Notes under the pieces: model-generated
Databases searched by the model: none
Told to the model about the DNA's origin: nothing
What the model saw: only the letters and a program-made list of their open reading frames with translations
Position numbers and translations under genes: made by a program
Shown: piece by piece, positions 1 to 9,348 of the stretch
Numbering within the stretch: the first letter of the stretch is position 1
Layout of the letters: every line of letters starts with the position of its first letter
Assembly: GCA_017857875.1 (NCBI GenBank)
Contig: JAFMCH010000003.1
Span: 9,390 to 73,389 of the forward strand
Origin: Actinomycetota bacterium
GTDB lineage: Bacteria; Actinomycetota; Actinomycetes; S36-B12
DNA length: 64,000 nucleotides
Reading direction: 5' to 3'

Positions 1-155
1 GGTGAGTCCTGCAGTAGTCCTCGAAAGGTCAAAGCCATCTCATCGGCAGTGGCCCGTGGATCGGTCTTGACGCGCCAAGAGCGAGTAAACACATCGCCCT
101 CGAAAAGCCCGATCACGGTGTTGGTGTTGCCGACGTCCACGGCGAGCAGGGTCAT
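1..155 (-). CDS. coaX: Type III pantothenate kinase, N-terminal part (gene runs off the window start)
   Basis: Manual minus-strand translation from ATG at 153-155 gives [39 protein letters not shown]. The DVGNTN phosphate-binding motif is typical of CoaX. The start forms an ATGA overlap with the stop of the upstream nadB-nadC ORF. Confidence 0.8.
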   Translation of the reverse strand, partial: MTLLAVDVGNTNTVIGLFEGDVFTRSWRVKTDPRATADEMALTFRGLLQDS

Positions 156-2656
156 AGCACTTCCTCTAGGTCGGCACCAATGTCGAGCACAGCAGACGAA
201 TGCGTGAGTGCGCCCACTGCGAGGTAATCGACACCGGTCGCGGCCACCTCTGCGGCATTGTCCAGTCGTAGTCCACCCGATGACTCCAATCGAGCGCGCC
301 CTCCGGTCCGTTGGACCGCAATCGCCGTGTCAGCAACGGTGAAATTGTCGAGCAGCACCAAATCAGCACCGGCCTCAACGACCGCCTCGAGCTGATCGAG
401 CGAATCGACTTCGACTTCAATGGGAACACCCGGAAATTGTTGTCGTACAGCAGAAAAGGCGGGTACAACCCCACCAGCAGCAACGACATGATTGTCCTTA
501 ACGAGTGCCGCATCAGACAACGACATGCGGTGGTTGACTCCACCGCCGCACCGCACGGCGTACTTCTGTAACGCTCGCATCCCCGGCATGGTCTTTCGCG
601 TATCGCGGATCTTCGCGGCGCTGCCCTCAATGGCTTCAACCCACTTGCGCGTGTGGGTGGCGATCCCGGACAGGTGACTCACGAGGTTCAAGGCTGTGCG
701 CTCAGCCAGCAGCAGGTCACGCGTGGTGCCGGTGGCGGTCACAATCACGTCTCCTGCAACCACGGCCTGGCCATCATTGCGGTCGACCTGCACATCAACG
801 GAGCCACTCGCTGCGATAACAAACACCATCGCAGCGACCGGCCCACCCGCCACGATGCCCGGCTCACGAGCAACCAGTCTCAGTCGCGATCGCTGCTCAA
901 TCGGCACCGTTGCCACCGATGTCACATCAACGCCACCGGCTAGGTCTTCGGCAAGAGCGCTCGCAATCAGTTCTTCTACCGCGGTGGGATCAAGGCCGGC
1001 GTCCACGAGCATCGCAGCGACCGGTTCAGCGGGCATGGGCGTCAGATTCTCACGCCGGGTGTCCCATTGCCGCTGCGGGGTGTGTGCGGAGACGAGGTGA
1101 ATTCGCCAATGAGCGTCATCGCGCACGGGGAAATCCTCCCGCCAGTGCGAGCCCCTGGTTTCCTCTCGGAGGAGTGCATGATGCACCAGTGCTTGAGCTA
1201 CCAGGCACACATTGGTCGACTCCCAGTCTGCCGTGCTCGGTTGTCCACCAGCCCGATCCGCCAGTACGTGAAGTTCTTGTGCAGCTCTCGTCAACGACCG
1301 ACTACCGCGTAGCACCCCGGCGTTGGTGGTCATAATCATCTGCACCTCGGCTAGAGCTGCCAGCGGGAGCAGCTCGACAACAGCATGGTCGGGCACGACC
1401 GCACGCACCTGATCCCGTCGGTCAACGAGTGACTGGCCAATTCTCTCAGCGAAAACCAAACCCTCAAGTAGCGAGTTCGAGGCAAGTCGATTGGCGCCAT
1501 GTACACCGGTGCAGGCCACTTCACCGCAGGCATAAAGACCTCGAATCGACGTTCGACCTTGTAGATCCGTGCGCACACCACCGGACACGTAGTGGGCAGC
1601 AGGAGCCACCGGAATGAGGTCGTGCACCGGATCAATGCCGTGTTCGAGACACGATGCATAAATTGTGGGGAACCGCTGTTGCCACTTGTCGGCACCGAAG
1701 TCGCGCGCATCAAGCCACAGGTGTGGCACACCGTCGGCAAGCATTCGCCTCATGATTGCCCGCGACACCACATCTCGGGGTGCAAGATCAGCAAGCGGAT
1801 GCTCCGCAGCCATGAAAGTCTGCCCGGCGGTATCTCGCAACACTGCACCTTCTCCACGCACCGCTTCGGACACCAGCGGTTGCTGTCCGCGTGCCGCAGC
1901 GCCCAACCACATCACCGTCGGGTGAAATTGCACGAACTCGACGTCGGCAATCTCTGCCCCGGCCCTGATCGCAAGGGCAAGCCCATCGCCGGTTGCCACC
2001 GACGGATTCGTTGTTTGGGAGAATACCTGCCCGAATCCACCCGTGGCCAAGACAACTGTTGGCGCCAACGCAGCACCAACGCCGTCTCGGGTTCCGGTGC
2101 CGATCACGTGCAACGTCAGCCCCTGCGCTGCGCCGTCTCTATCAGTCAGTAGATCTAATGCCAGGGCTCTCTCGATCAATTCAATGCCCGGGTCTGCCCG
2201 CACGGCGGATACGAGCGCGCGACTGACCTCTAACCCGGTCGCATCACCTCCAGCGTGCGTGATGCGGTCACGCAAGTGACCACCTTCTCGGGTGAGGACC
2301 AGCTCACCGGCAGCGTCAACATCAAAATGCGCGCCGAGCGAGATGAGCCGATGCACCGCTGCCGGGCCTTCGTTGACCAATAGGTCAACGGCCGCCTCAT
2401 CACATAGTCCGTCCCCGGCGATCAGCGTGTCGTGAAGGTGCTCCCTGGGTGAGTCGTCTTCAGCAAGGGCCGCGGCGATTCCGCCCTGGGCCCATCGAGT
2501 GGATCCCTCATCAACGCTCCCCTTAGTCACCAGCAAAACACGCAGGCCGGCCCTTCGTGCATGGAGCGCGCAGGTCAGTCCGGCTACTCCTGATCCGACC
2601 ACCACAACGTCGGCGCGCACCTGCCAGGTCGGATTCGGTGCCTGAAGACGACTCAC
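152..2656 (-). CDS. nadB-nadC: Fused L-aspartate oxidase / nicotinate-nucleotide (quinolinate) pyrophosphorylase
   Basis: Single 834-aa ORF. The N-terminal ~540 aa is an FAD flavoprotein ([24 protein letters not shown], NadB-like throughout). The segment from ~[26 protein letters not shown] to the end matches the NadC pattern. There is no stop between the two modules. Confidence 0.88.
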   Translation of the reverse strand: MSRLQAPNPTWQVRADVVVVGSGVAGLTCALHARRAGLRVLLVTKGSVDEGSTRWAQGGIAAALAEDDSPREHLHDTLIAGDGLCDEAAVDLLVNEGPAAVHRLISLGAHFDVDAAGELVLTREGGHLRDRITHAGGDATGLEVSRALVSAVRADPGIELIERALALDLLTDRDGAAQGLTLHVIGTGTRDGVGAALAPTVVLATGGFGQVFSQTTNPSVATGDGLALAIRAGAEIADVEFVQFHPTVMWLGAAARGQQPLVSEAVRGEGAVLRDTAGQTFMAAEHPLADLAPRDVVSRAIMRRMLADGVPHLWLDARDFGADKWQQRFPTIYASCLEHGIDPVHDLIPVAPAAHYVSGGVRTDLQGRTSIRGLYACGEVACTGVHGANRLASNSLLEGLVFAERIGQSLVDRRDQVRAVVPDHAVVELLPLAALAEVQMIMTTNAGVLRGSRSLTRAAQELHVLADRAGGQPSTADWESTNVCLVAQALVHHALLREETRGSHWREDFPVRDDAHWRIHLVSAHTPQRQWDTRRENLTPMPAEPVAAMLVDAGLDPTAVEELIASALAEDLAGGVDVTSVATVPIEQRSRLRLVAREPGIVAGGPVAAMVFVIAASGSVDVQVDRNDGQAVVAGDVIVTATGTTRDLLLAERTALNLVSHLSGIATHTRKWVEAIEGSAAKIRDTRKTMPGMRALQKYAVRCGGGVNHRMSLSDAALVKDNHVVAAGGVVPAFSAVRQQFPGVPIEVEVDSLDQLEAVVEAGADLVLLDNFTVADTAIAVQRTGGRARLESSGGLRLDNAAEVAATGVDYLAVGALTHSSAVLDIGADLEEVL

Positions 2657-3510
2657 GCTGGTTCGCCCAGTGACACTGGCATATTGTCGAGCAGTCTGGT
2701 GGATTCAATCTTGACAGCAACCAGTAAGCGGCCCTGCCCTTGTGGGGGCGCGGATCTAAGGTCGGTGCCGGTCACCACGACATAATCAGGCTGCAGCCCA
2801 ATGCTTTCAAGGTTTTGGCGTACGGTTAGTTCCACTGACGAAGCACCCTCATGGGCAACCTCGAGTCCGCGTTGCATTGCGGCTGGGATCGCCGCCGCAA
2901 GATGCCGGCCATCCACACTCAGATAGCGATTACGACTACTTAAGGCCAGTCCGTCTGGTTCGCGAACAGTCGGCACGCCAATCACCCGCACCGGGAAATT
3001 CAATGCCTGGACCATGGATCGGATTAGCACCAATTGCTGATAGTCCTTTTCGCCGAAGAGTCCGAAATTGGCTCGGGTCAGGTGGAAGAGTTTAGCGACC
3101 ACGGTGAGCACGCCGGAAAAATGTCCGGGGCGACTTGCGCCTTCAAGGATGTCGCCCAGGGGACCAGCAACGATCGAGACTCCGCTGGCTATGTCGTCAC
3201 GAGTGGCCGCATCCGCGTATACCTCCGACACGCTCGGGGCGAACACCACATCGGCACCATGCTGCTGACACAACTGAACGTCATCGTCGAGGGTGCGAGG
3301 GTAGATATCGAAATCCTCACCCGCACCAAACTGCAATGGATTGACGAAGATAGTCACGATGATGCGCCCAGCATCACCCACGTAACCACGGGCGACGTCA
3401 ATCAAATGTGCGTGTCCTGCATGGAGAGCACCCATCGTCATGACAACCGCCGTGCTTCCGGTAACGGGCGCCAACTGAGCGAGTTCCTCCCGCGTCACAA
3501 CGATATTCAC
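2653..3510 (-). CDS. panC: Pantoate--beta-alanine ligase
   Basis: 285 aa with the motif MGALHAGHAHLI and a PanC-like pattern throughout. It has 4-nt overlaps with both neighbours. Confidence 0.92.
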   Translation of the reverse strand: MNIVVTREELAQLAPVTGSTAVVMTMGALHAGHAHLIDVARGYVGDAGRIIVTIFVNPLQFGAGEDFDIYPRTLDDDVQLCQQHGADVVFAPSVSEVYADAATRDDIASGVSIVAGPLGDILEGASRPGHFSGVLTVVAKLFHLTRANFGLFGEKDYQQLVLIRSMVQALNFPVRVIGVPTVREPDGLALSSRNRYLSVDGRHLAAAIPAAMQRGLEVAHEGASSVELTVRQNLESIGLQPDYVVVTGTDLRSAPPQGQGRLLVAVKIESTRLLDNMPVSLGEPA

Positions 3511-4421
3511 GCGCCATCACCTAACATTGCTGGGTCATCACTGATTTCGATCAATGCCGCCACGAGGCGCGCGTGGGCGCTAGCATCCACCAGCCCTTCG
3601 CCCAGCGCGCGGTCGGTCGTCGCCCTGGCCAGCGCAAGGTAGGTGGGCGCGATTTCGGGTGCATCTGCCCAAAGCGCATCGAGGTGATCGGTCACCGTAG
3701 CGACATCACCACGCGCTAGCGGACCGGTCAGAGCACCATCACCTGACCTGAGCGCGTTATCAAGCGCCGCCTGCAGGAGCGGAGCACTTAATTTCTCTGC
3801 CTGCGTCACTCCCGCCATCCGAAGGAGTTCAAGGGTCTGGGAGACCAGCGTGATCAGGTGATTTGCACCGTGCGCCAGCGCTGCGTGATACAACACTCGC
3901 GAACCTTCGTCGACCGGAACCGGATCACCACCCATCTCAATGACCAGAGCACTGGCAACCGGAGCGGCCAGTGGATCCGCTGTGACAGCAAAAGGGCAAT
4001 TATCGAGTCGATCCAGATCCACACTTGTGCCGGTGAACGTCATAACCGGGTGTATCGCGAGCGGTACGGCACCGCATTGGCGCACCGGATCGAGAATCTC
4101 AAGACCGTGGCGCCCGGACACATGCATGACGTACTGACCCATACGCAACGAGTCTTGAATATCGGCGACCACACCGCCGATCGCATCATCGGGAACGGCG
4201 ATGATCAGCAGCTCACATTCGCGGGCCAACTCATCGGGCGACACCATCGGCACCCCGGGAAGTAAAGCCTCAGCACGTACGCGTGATAAATCACTACGCC
4301 CACTGACCGCAATGATGTGGTGGCCCACTCGACGAAGCGCCGCCCCCAACACACAACCCACTCGGCCGCTGCCGATGATGCCAACGCGCAGCCGCGTCGT
4401 ATCGACCCCTTCAGCGGTCAT
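3507..4421 (-). CDS. Rossmann-fold oxidoreductase-like protein with DUF2520-type C-terminus
   Basis: 304 aa with an N-terminal dinucleotide fold (VGIIGSGRVGCVLGAAL). It occupies the position next to panC that is conserved in actinobacterial pan/fol clusters. Confidence 0.65.
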   Translation of the reverse strand: MTAEGVDTTRLRVGIIGSGRVGCVLGAALRRVGHHIIAVSGRSDLSRVRAEALLPGVPMVSPDELARECELLIIAVPDDAIGGVVADIQDSLRMGQYVMHVSGRHGLEILDPVRQCGAVPLAIHPVMTFTGTSVDLDRLDNCPFAVTADPLAAPVASALVIEMGGDPVPVDEGSRVLYHAALAHGANHLITLVSQTLELLRMAGVTQAEKLSAPLLQAALDNALRSGDGALTGPLARGDVATVTDHLDALWADAPEIAPTYLALARATTDRALGEGLVDASAHARLVAALIEISDDPAMLGDGA

Positions 4422-4430
4422 CTGGTCAGC

Positions 4431-5468
4431 CTAGAGGTCCTGGCCACGTAGCGGCCCACCGATGTCGTGGCGCAGCCACATGAATGAACCCGGCCCGTGG
4501 ACGCGACGCACCCCCAGCACCTTATTCGCTCGACCTAGTTCGGCAAGATAGCGACGCGGATCGGTCATGGCGCGACCAGCAGAGGGCAGAAGATCGCGAT
4601 GCAGCACATCGCGCTGGCGAGTGATCGTCGTTGCAGTGTTCTGCGCCCCGGAGCTGACAATCGCCGCGCATGCATCGAGAGCTACGTGCGCGGTGATGTT
4701 GCATGAGCCATCCGGTATCGGGCGCACCTGGCGACCGCCGCGGTAAGCAGCTAGTGTTCCGGCAGCGAAATCGCCGTTCACTCGCTCCTCGCGAGTATGC
4801 CCATAGTCGATAGCGATAGCGGTGCCTTCGATCACGCGTGCGCACACCTGCTGCCAGGCGAGGTCCCGTGGCTCACCCACCTCCGCTCGCCCACGCACAG
4901 GCCACCACCACTTCTGCAGCCACTGCATCTGCGGACTCTCGGGCGCCAATGCCGGCCCCAACGATTCCGCGCCGGTGACCGGGTCAACCCACACCTCGCG
5001 AATGCATTCACCTTCATCTGCCTGCACTACCGGACAAGCAATATCGTCGAGCCACTCATGGGCGAGGATTAGTCCGCGCAGACCGTTGGGGGCGTGCGTG
5101 TCCAGCACACCCGGCGCATCGCCCTGCCACCATTCAATTGAAGTGGGCAAACCCAACGGGCGCGAACGGATATCAATGCCGATCCAGTGGACTGACTGGG
5201 CGAAGGCGATGTCTGTCGCCATTACCTGCTGCCACATGTCAGTCAACAACTGCCCTCCGCCGGCACCCACATCAACAACGCTGATCGGAGCGTCCCCCTC
5301 CAGCCTCTGCCGCACACTATGCAACACGAGCGTGAGTTCGTCCGCGACGTGAGCACTCATGGTGACCGACGTATCAAAGTGCGCAGCCGGCTGGTGGTGG
5401 TGGTAAAAATCGCAATCTCCCCATGCCTCGAACCAGGGCCTTACCGCTCGCTCACCCGCAGTCCCCAT
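4431..5468 (-). CDS. MidA/NDUFAF7-like SAM-dependent methyltransferase
   Basis: 345 aa. It has a SAM motif I (VVDVGAGGGQLL) and family-typical blocks LILAHEWLDD, IAIDYGHT and NITAHVALDA, which resemble the (A)NE..DA, DYG and DITAHV blocks of Methyltransf_28. Assignment is by eye only. Confidence 0.6.
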   Translation of the reverse strand: MGTAGERAVRPWFEAWGDCDFYHHHQPAAHFDTSVTMSAHVADELTLVLHSVRQRLEGDAPISVVDVGAGGGQLLTDMWQQVMATDIAFAQSVHWIGIDIRSRPLGLPTSIEWWQGDAPGVLDTHAPNGLRGLILAHEWLDDIACPVVQADEGECIREVWVDPVTGAESLGPALAPESPQMQWLQKWWWPVRGRAEVGEPRDLAWQQVCARVIEGTAIAIDYGHTREERVNGDFAAGTLAAYRGGRQVRPIPDGSCNITAHVALDACAAIVSSGAQNTATTITRQRDVLHRDLLPSAGRAMTDPRRYLAELGRANKVLGVRRVHGPGSFMWLRHDIGGPLRGQDL

Positions 5469-5476
5469 GTATGTGA

Positions 5477-6808
5477 CTAATGCAATCGATGGGTGGCCAG
5501 CATGCGCTGTTCTTGATCATTGACGAGCGGACGCGCAATACCGATGTCGACATGCCAGGCGACCACTTCGACAGGACCGGGCGCTACATCGAAGGACACC
5601 GTGGCCAGGCCTAAACGGCGCTGCCAGGGTCCCTCGCTCAACCGCACCGACTGCACTCGTTCATGTGGGGCAAATGCAATACGGCGCGTGATCCGACCCG
5701 ACCGCGTGACAATGAACCTAGCGGTCACCGCAAAGGCCAAGAATCGCCACTGCACCCATGCCCGCAGCCGTGCGCGGTCGGGAGCGGGAGTCCATTGCAC
5801 ATCATCTAGATCGAATCCGGGCATGACCTCAGACACCACACGCATCGCGTGCTCGCGCGGTGCAACCGGCAGCAATACGGTGCTGCCTTGTTGCTGTCCC
5901 TCGCCTTGTGTTCCCGCAACAGTCAACTGCACCCGGACCCAGTTGAATCGCCGCCACAGCAACGGCGCAATCAACTCAACAGCTTGCACGCGACCTGGCG
6001 GAACGGACCTGCTCTGGGTCTGCAGCAGGCCAAATCGCAAACGTAGCCCCTGGCGCCCACGAGCCACCGTGAAGTTGGAGTACGTGAAGAATTCGCGAAT
6101 GATCGCCAGGATCGGAATGCCGCCGGTGATGAGCGCCAGACCGAGAGCCGCCCAACCCTGGGCAAGGACCGTTATGGTCACGAACACAACGGTGAGAACG
6201 AACAATGTCATGGTGGTTGTGCGCAGGATCAACGAACCGAGGAGTCGGCCGGTGGGCACCGTCGCAAGTACGTCCGTGTGCTCAACCGACGGCACACCAG
6301 GTACGAGTGCAGGTACTTTGACAGCGTCCGTTGTGTCACCGTCGATGAGAGCTTCGTGTCGCGTCAAGATTTCTTGCTGCAGCGCGGCCGCATCTGGTTT
6401 GCGTAGATAGCGCAACACCACACGGGAGTCCCCTGTACCGGCTACCTCGACACGTAGCTCCACGAAGCCAAACAGGCGTGCCACTAGGGGCGACACGGCA
6501 TCAACGCTTTGCAGACGCGACAACTGCAGTCGCCGAGCCTGCCGCTGCAACAAACCAGAGTCAACCCGCAGGTCACCATCATCATCGAAGTAGTAACGCA
6601 GTTTCAGCCAGGCCAACGCGTTGATGCCGGCCACAAACGCTGACGCAGCAATCGCCACCAAGCCCGCCACCACAAAACCGGGGAGGGCGACTACATCACC
6701 GAAGTCAATGCCGATGACCAAAAAGCCCAGGTACAACGGAGGGATAACCCGAACTGCCATGAGGAGCGGCGTGACCGGGTGCGTGCGTTGCGGCGGCGTG
6801 GCGTACAC
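5477..6808 (-). CDS. Membrane protein with repeated bacterial PH (bPH_2) domains, YdbT-like
   Basis: 443 aa with alternating paired TM helices and soluble ~100-aa modules. It lies directly downstream of a YdbS-like gene. Confidence 0.55.
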   Translation of the reverse strand: MYATPPQRTHPVTPLLMAVRVIPPLYLGFLVIGIDFGDVVALPGFVVAGLVAIAASAFVAGINALAWLKLRYYFDDDGDLRVDSGLLQRQARRLQLSRLQSVDAVSPLVARLFGFVELRVEVAGTGDSRVVLRYLRKPDAAALQQEILTRHEALIDGDTTDAVKVPALVPGVPSVEHTDVLATVPTGRLLGSLILRTTTMTLFVLTVVFVTITVLAQGWAALGLALITGGIPILAIIREFFTYSNFTVARGRQGLRLRFGLLQTQSRSVPPGRVQAVELIAPLLWRRFNWVRVQLTVAGTQGEGQQQGSTVLLPVAPREHAMRVVSEVMPGFDLDDVQWTPAPDRARLRAWVQWRFLAFAVTARFIVTRSGRITRRIAFAPHERVQSVRLSEGPWQRRLGLATVSFDVAPGPVEVVAWHVDIGIARPLVNDQEQRMLATHRLH

Positions 6809-6813
6809 CGGCT

Positions 6814-7350
6814 CTACATGCCCGCTGATCGTTGCTCACCTCGCGCAGCCAATCGGTCGCGTAGCGCTGCGGCTTGGTCAGGCAGGAGCCCGGGGATCGA
6901 AGCATCGGTCGTCGCTGCCGCGGTATGTAGTTGCACGGTGGAAATACCAAGCCAACGATCCAGCGGCCCCGAGGTTAGGTCAACAATCTGCATCCGACCG
7001 TAGGGCACCACCACCAGTCGTCTGATCAAGATGCCACTCACCACCAGCAGGTCTTCATCTCGCTCGAGGTAACCAAAGGAGCGCACCCGACGGCCGATCA
7101 GCCACCACGCCCACGCATAGACGATGACGGCAACTATGCCCGCACCAACCGGGTACCACACCGGAATCGCCGGGATGAGTGCTATCACGATGATGGCCGC
7201 GATGATGAACAAATAGCCGAAGGTCAAGGTCAGCACCCGGGCCGTGATCAAGCGAGGGGACACCGGGATCCACGCTGATGAAGGCGAAGCGAATGCCGCA
7301 TCAAGTTCGCCCGACCGTGAATTCACGAGCACACTCTGCCACGATGCCAT
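6814..7350 (-). CDS. Small PH-domain membrane protein, YdbS-like
   Basis: Two TM helices are followed by a bPH_2-like block (GYLERDEDLLVVSGILIRRLVVVPYGRMQIVDLTSGPLDRWLGISTVQLHTA). The start is uncertain; the longest ORF reaches 7365. Confidence 0.55.
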   Translation of the reverse strand: MASWQSVLVNSRSGELDAAFASPSSAWIPVSPRLITARVLTLTFGYLFIIAAIIVIALIPAIPVWYPVGAGIVAVIVYAWAWWLIGRRVRSFGYLERDEDLLVVSGILIRRLVVVPYGRMQIVDLTSGPLDRWLGISTVQLHTAAATTDASIPGLLPDQAAALRDRLAARGEQRSAGM

Positions 7351-7352
7351 GC

Positions 7353-8525
7353 ATGGATCTGACACCCGCGTCGCCGACGCTGGTGACGACCGGTGCCGCG
7401 ATCGGTGATCTTCACCTTGATTTGGGCGAGATTCACCCCTCCGGACACGGCGGATTTCGACTGCAATGCTCGTTCAGCGACGCACCGATCAGGGTCACGC
7501 GGGCAACGCCGGTCCCGGGCCTGCTCCACCGCGGCACGGAGAAACTACTCGAGGTTCGGGACTATCGATCCGGATTGATGCTCGCTAATCGTCATGATTG
7601 GCTGAGTGCGGTGACCTCTGAGGTGACGATGGCGCTCGCCGCTGAGTCACTGCTGGGGCTCCAGGTGCCACCGCGCGCAACATGGCTGCGAACACTCCTG
7701 TGTGAAATGAATCGCGCGATGGCTGCTCTGTCGCATTTGATGGGCGTTGCCGCGCTCCCCGGTGAAGGAATAAGTCCTGTCCAGATGCCGGGAGCGGCGG
7801 CACGTGAGGCATGGCAGTTAGCGTTGGAGCGCATCAGCGGCGGGCGTCTGCATGCAATGGTCACCCGCATCGGCGGCATCGCCGCGGATGCACCAGACGG
7901 CTGGGCTGGCGACGTTCGCCGAGCTATAGACATCACCGAGCGTGAACTCCCCGTGCTCATGGCCGCCGTGCGACAGACGATCAGCGCAGTCCTCACGGCT
8001 TCGGGATACCCCCCTGATGAATGCATCGCCGTGCTATCCACCGCCGACGCAACGGGCTACGGCGTGAGCGGGCCAGTCGCGCGGGCCAGCGGTCTTGATC
8101 TCGATCTGCGCCGCGATGATCCCCCACTGGCCTATGCCGACCTACAAGATGCCCTCACCGTGATCACCGCGGACAGCGGTGATGCTGCCGCGCGCTATGA
8201 GGTCTTGGGAAATCAACTCGCCGCCGACCTGCCGCTCATAGCGGCCTGTCTTGAGCGGCTCCCCTCCGGTGAGGTCTCAGTGCCGCTGCCCAAGGTTGTG
8301 CGCGCACCCGAAGGCACCGCCTATGCGTGGCTGGAATCAGCCACTGGAATTACCGGGGTTTTCTTGGTGAGTACGGGCGAGACCACACCATGGCGGGTCA
8401 GATTGCGCACCCCTTCGTATGCCAATGTGCAATCAATGACGGCTGCGATGCCGGGTACACCACTCGGTGCCCTGCCGGTTGCAATCGGATCGTTCATGTT
8501 CGTGGTCGGCGACCTCGACCACTAG
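7353..8525 (+). CDS. Orphan NuoD / NDUFS2 (complex I 49-kDa subunit)-like protein
   Basis: The resemblance to NuoD runs the full length: HPSGHGGFRL, GLLHRGTEKLLE, PPRATWLRTLLCEMNR and a C-terminal FVVGDLDH. No other nuo gene is in the window. I trimmed the start from 7278 to the MDLTP Met to reduce divergent overlap, so it is uncertain. Confidence 0.72.
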   Translation: MDLTPASPTLVTTGAAIGDLHLDLGEIHPSGHGGFRLQCSFSDAPIRVTRATPVPGLLHRGTEKLLEVRDYRSGLMLANRHDWLSAVTSEVTMALAAESLLGLQVPPRATWLRTLLCEMNRAMAALSHLMGVAALPGEGISPVQMPGAAAREAWQLALERISGGRLHAMVTRIGGIAADAPDGWAGDVRRAIDITERELPVLMAAVRQTISAVLTASGYPPDECIAVLSTADATGYGVSGPVARASGLDLDLRRDDPPLAYADLQDALTVITADSGDAAARYEVLGNQLAADLPLIAACLERLPSGEVSVPLPKVVRAPEGTAYAWLESATGITGVFLVSTGETTPWRVRLRTPSYANVQSMTAAMPGTPLGALPVAIGSFMFVVGDLDH

Positions 8526-8531
8526 CGGCAA

Positions 8532-8819
8532 CTAACCTCCGTGCTCGCGCACATAGGTAGCAAAGCGGGCCCGCAGAAGCGCTTCGGTATCAGGATCAAG
8601 GTCGGGGTTCTTGGCAAACATCTCATGGGCCGCGCGCACTGTTTCGATGATGGTGCCACCCGTTGAACCAAGGTCCCCACCCTCGCCCTCAATGGCATGC
8701 ATACCGGGCATATGCGAGAAGACGCCGGTGAAGAAACCGATGTCTACCCGGTGCTCGGCCTTGCGAAACGCCCGATGGCGAAGCTCGTCAAATGGCAGGT
8801 CCTCAAGTACTTCGCTCAT
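8532..8819 (-). CDS. Hypothetical small acidic protein
   Basis: 95-aa ORF with coding-like composition, convergent with the NuoD-like gene. I recognise no family. Confidence 0.4.
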   Translation of the reverse strand: MSEVLEDLPFDELRHRAFRKAEHRVDIGFFTGVFSHMPGMHAIEGEGGDLGSTGGTIIETVRAAHEMFAKNPDLDPDTEALLRARFATYVREHGG

Positions 8820-8835
8820 GGGACGACCTTAGCGC

Positions 8836-9348
8836 CTACTCCCGGTCGACCCGGCACAACGATTCCAACCAGACCGCGGCAATGGTCATTGAGGCAGCCG
8901 CGCCGATGGCCACCAGGGCGGCGACCAGTGACGCAGAACCCGTGGGCGTCGAGGCATTACCGAGCAGAGCAAGGGCAATACCTGCATAGAAGCCGCCCAC
9001 GAGAGCACCGGTGCGCGACGCCGCCATCGCTAAGGCAGCCGTTCGAGCGGCCATCAGTGGCGGCATACGGCGGGGGTCCCGCAGGCCTCCGGACGCCGCA
9101 TCATCGGAGGGCACGCGCGCTAAATCACCGGCGTTCGGCCGGTCTCGGGGAGAAGCCATCAAGCGCGGCCGCGACAACATCGCCCACAGCACAATCCCGA
9201 TCGCCAGTACCCAAAGCGCAATACTGGCCGTGAGTGGCACATCGAGGATTCGACCCGCCGTCGCATCAACGACCAATACAAGCAGCCATCCCACGCCAAC
9301 ACCGGCAATGGCTATCGAAATGAGCCATACCCAACTGGTGCGCTTCAT
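8836..9348 (-). CDS. DUF3180-type integral membrane protein
   Basis: 170 aa with four predicted TM helices. It sits immediately downstream of folK with a 4-nt overlap, which is the conserved actinobacterial position. Confidence 0.6.
   Translation of the reverse strand: MKRTSWVWLISIAIAGVGVGWLLVLVVDATAGRILDVPLTASIALWVLAIGIVLWAMLSRPRLMASPRDRPNAGDLARVPSDDAASGGLRDPRRMPPLMAARTAALAMAASRTGALVGGFYAGIALALLGNASTPTGSASLVAALVAIGAAASMTIAAVWLESLCRVDRE

Noticed and set aside
7278-7352. Longest-ORF start of the NuoD-like gene (MKAKRMPHQV...)
   Set aside because: It would overlap the divergently transcribed PH-domain gene start by ~90 nt, and it precedes any NuoD similarity. An internal Met was preferred, though the true start remains uncertain.
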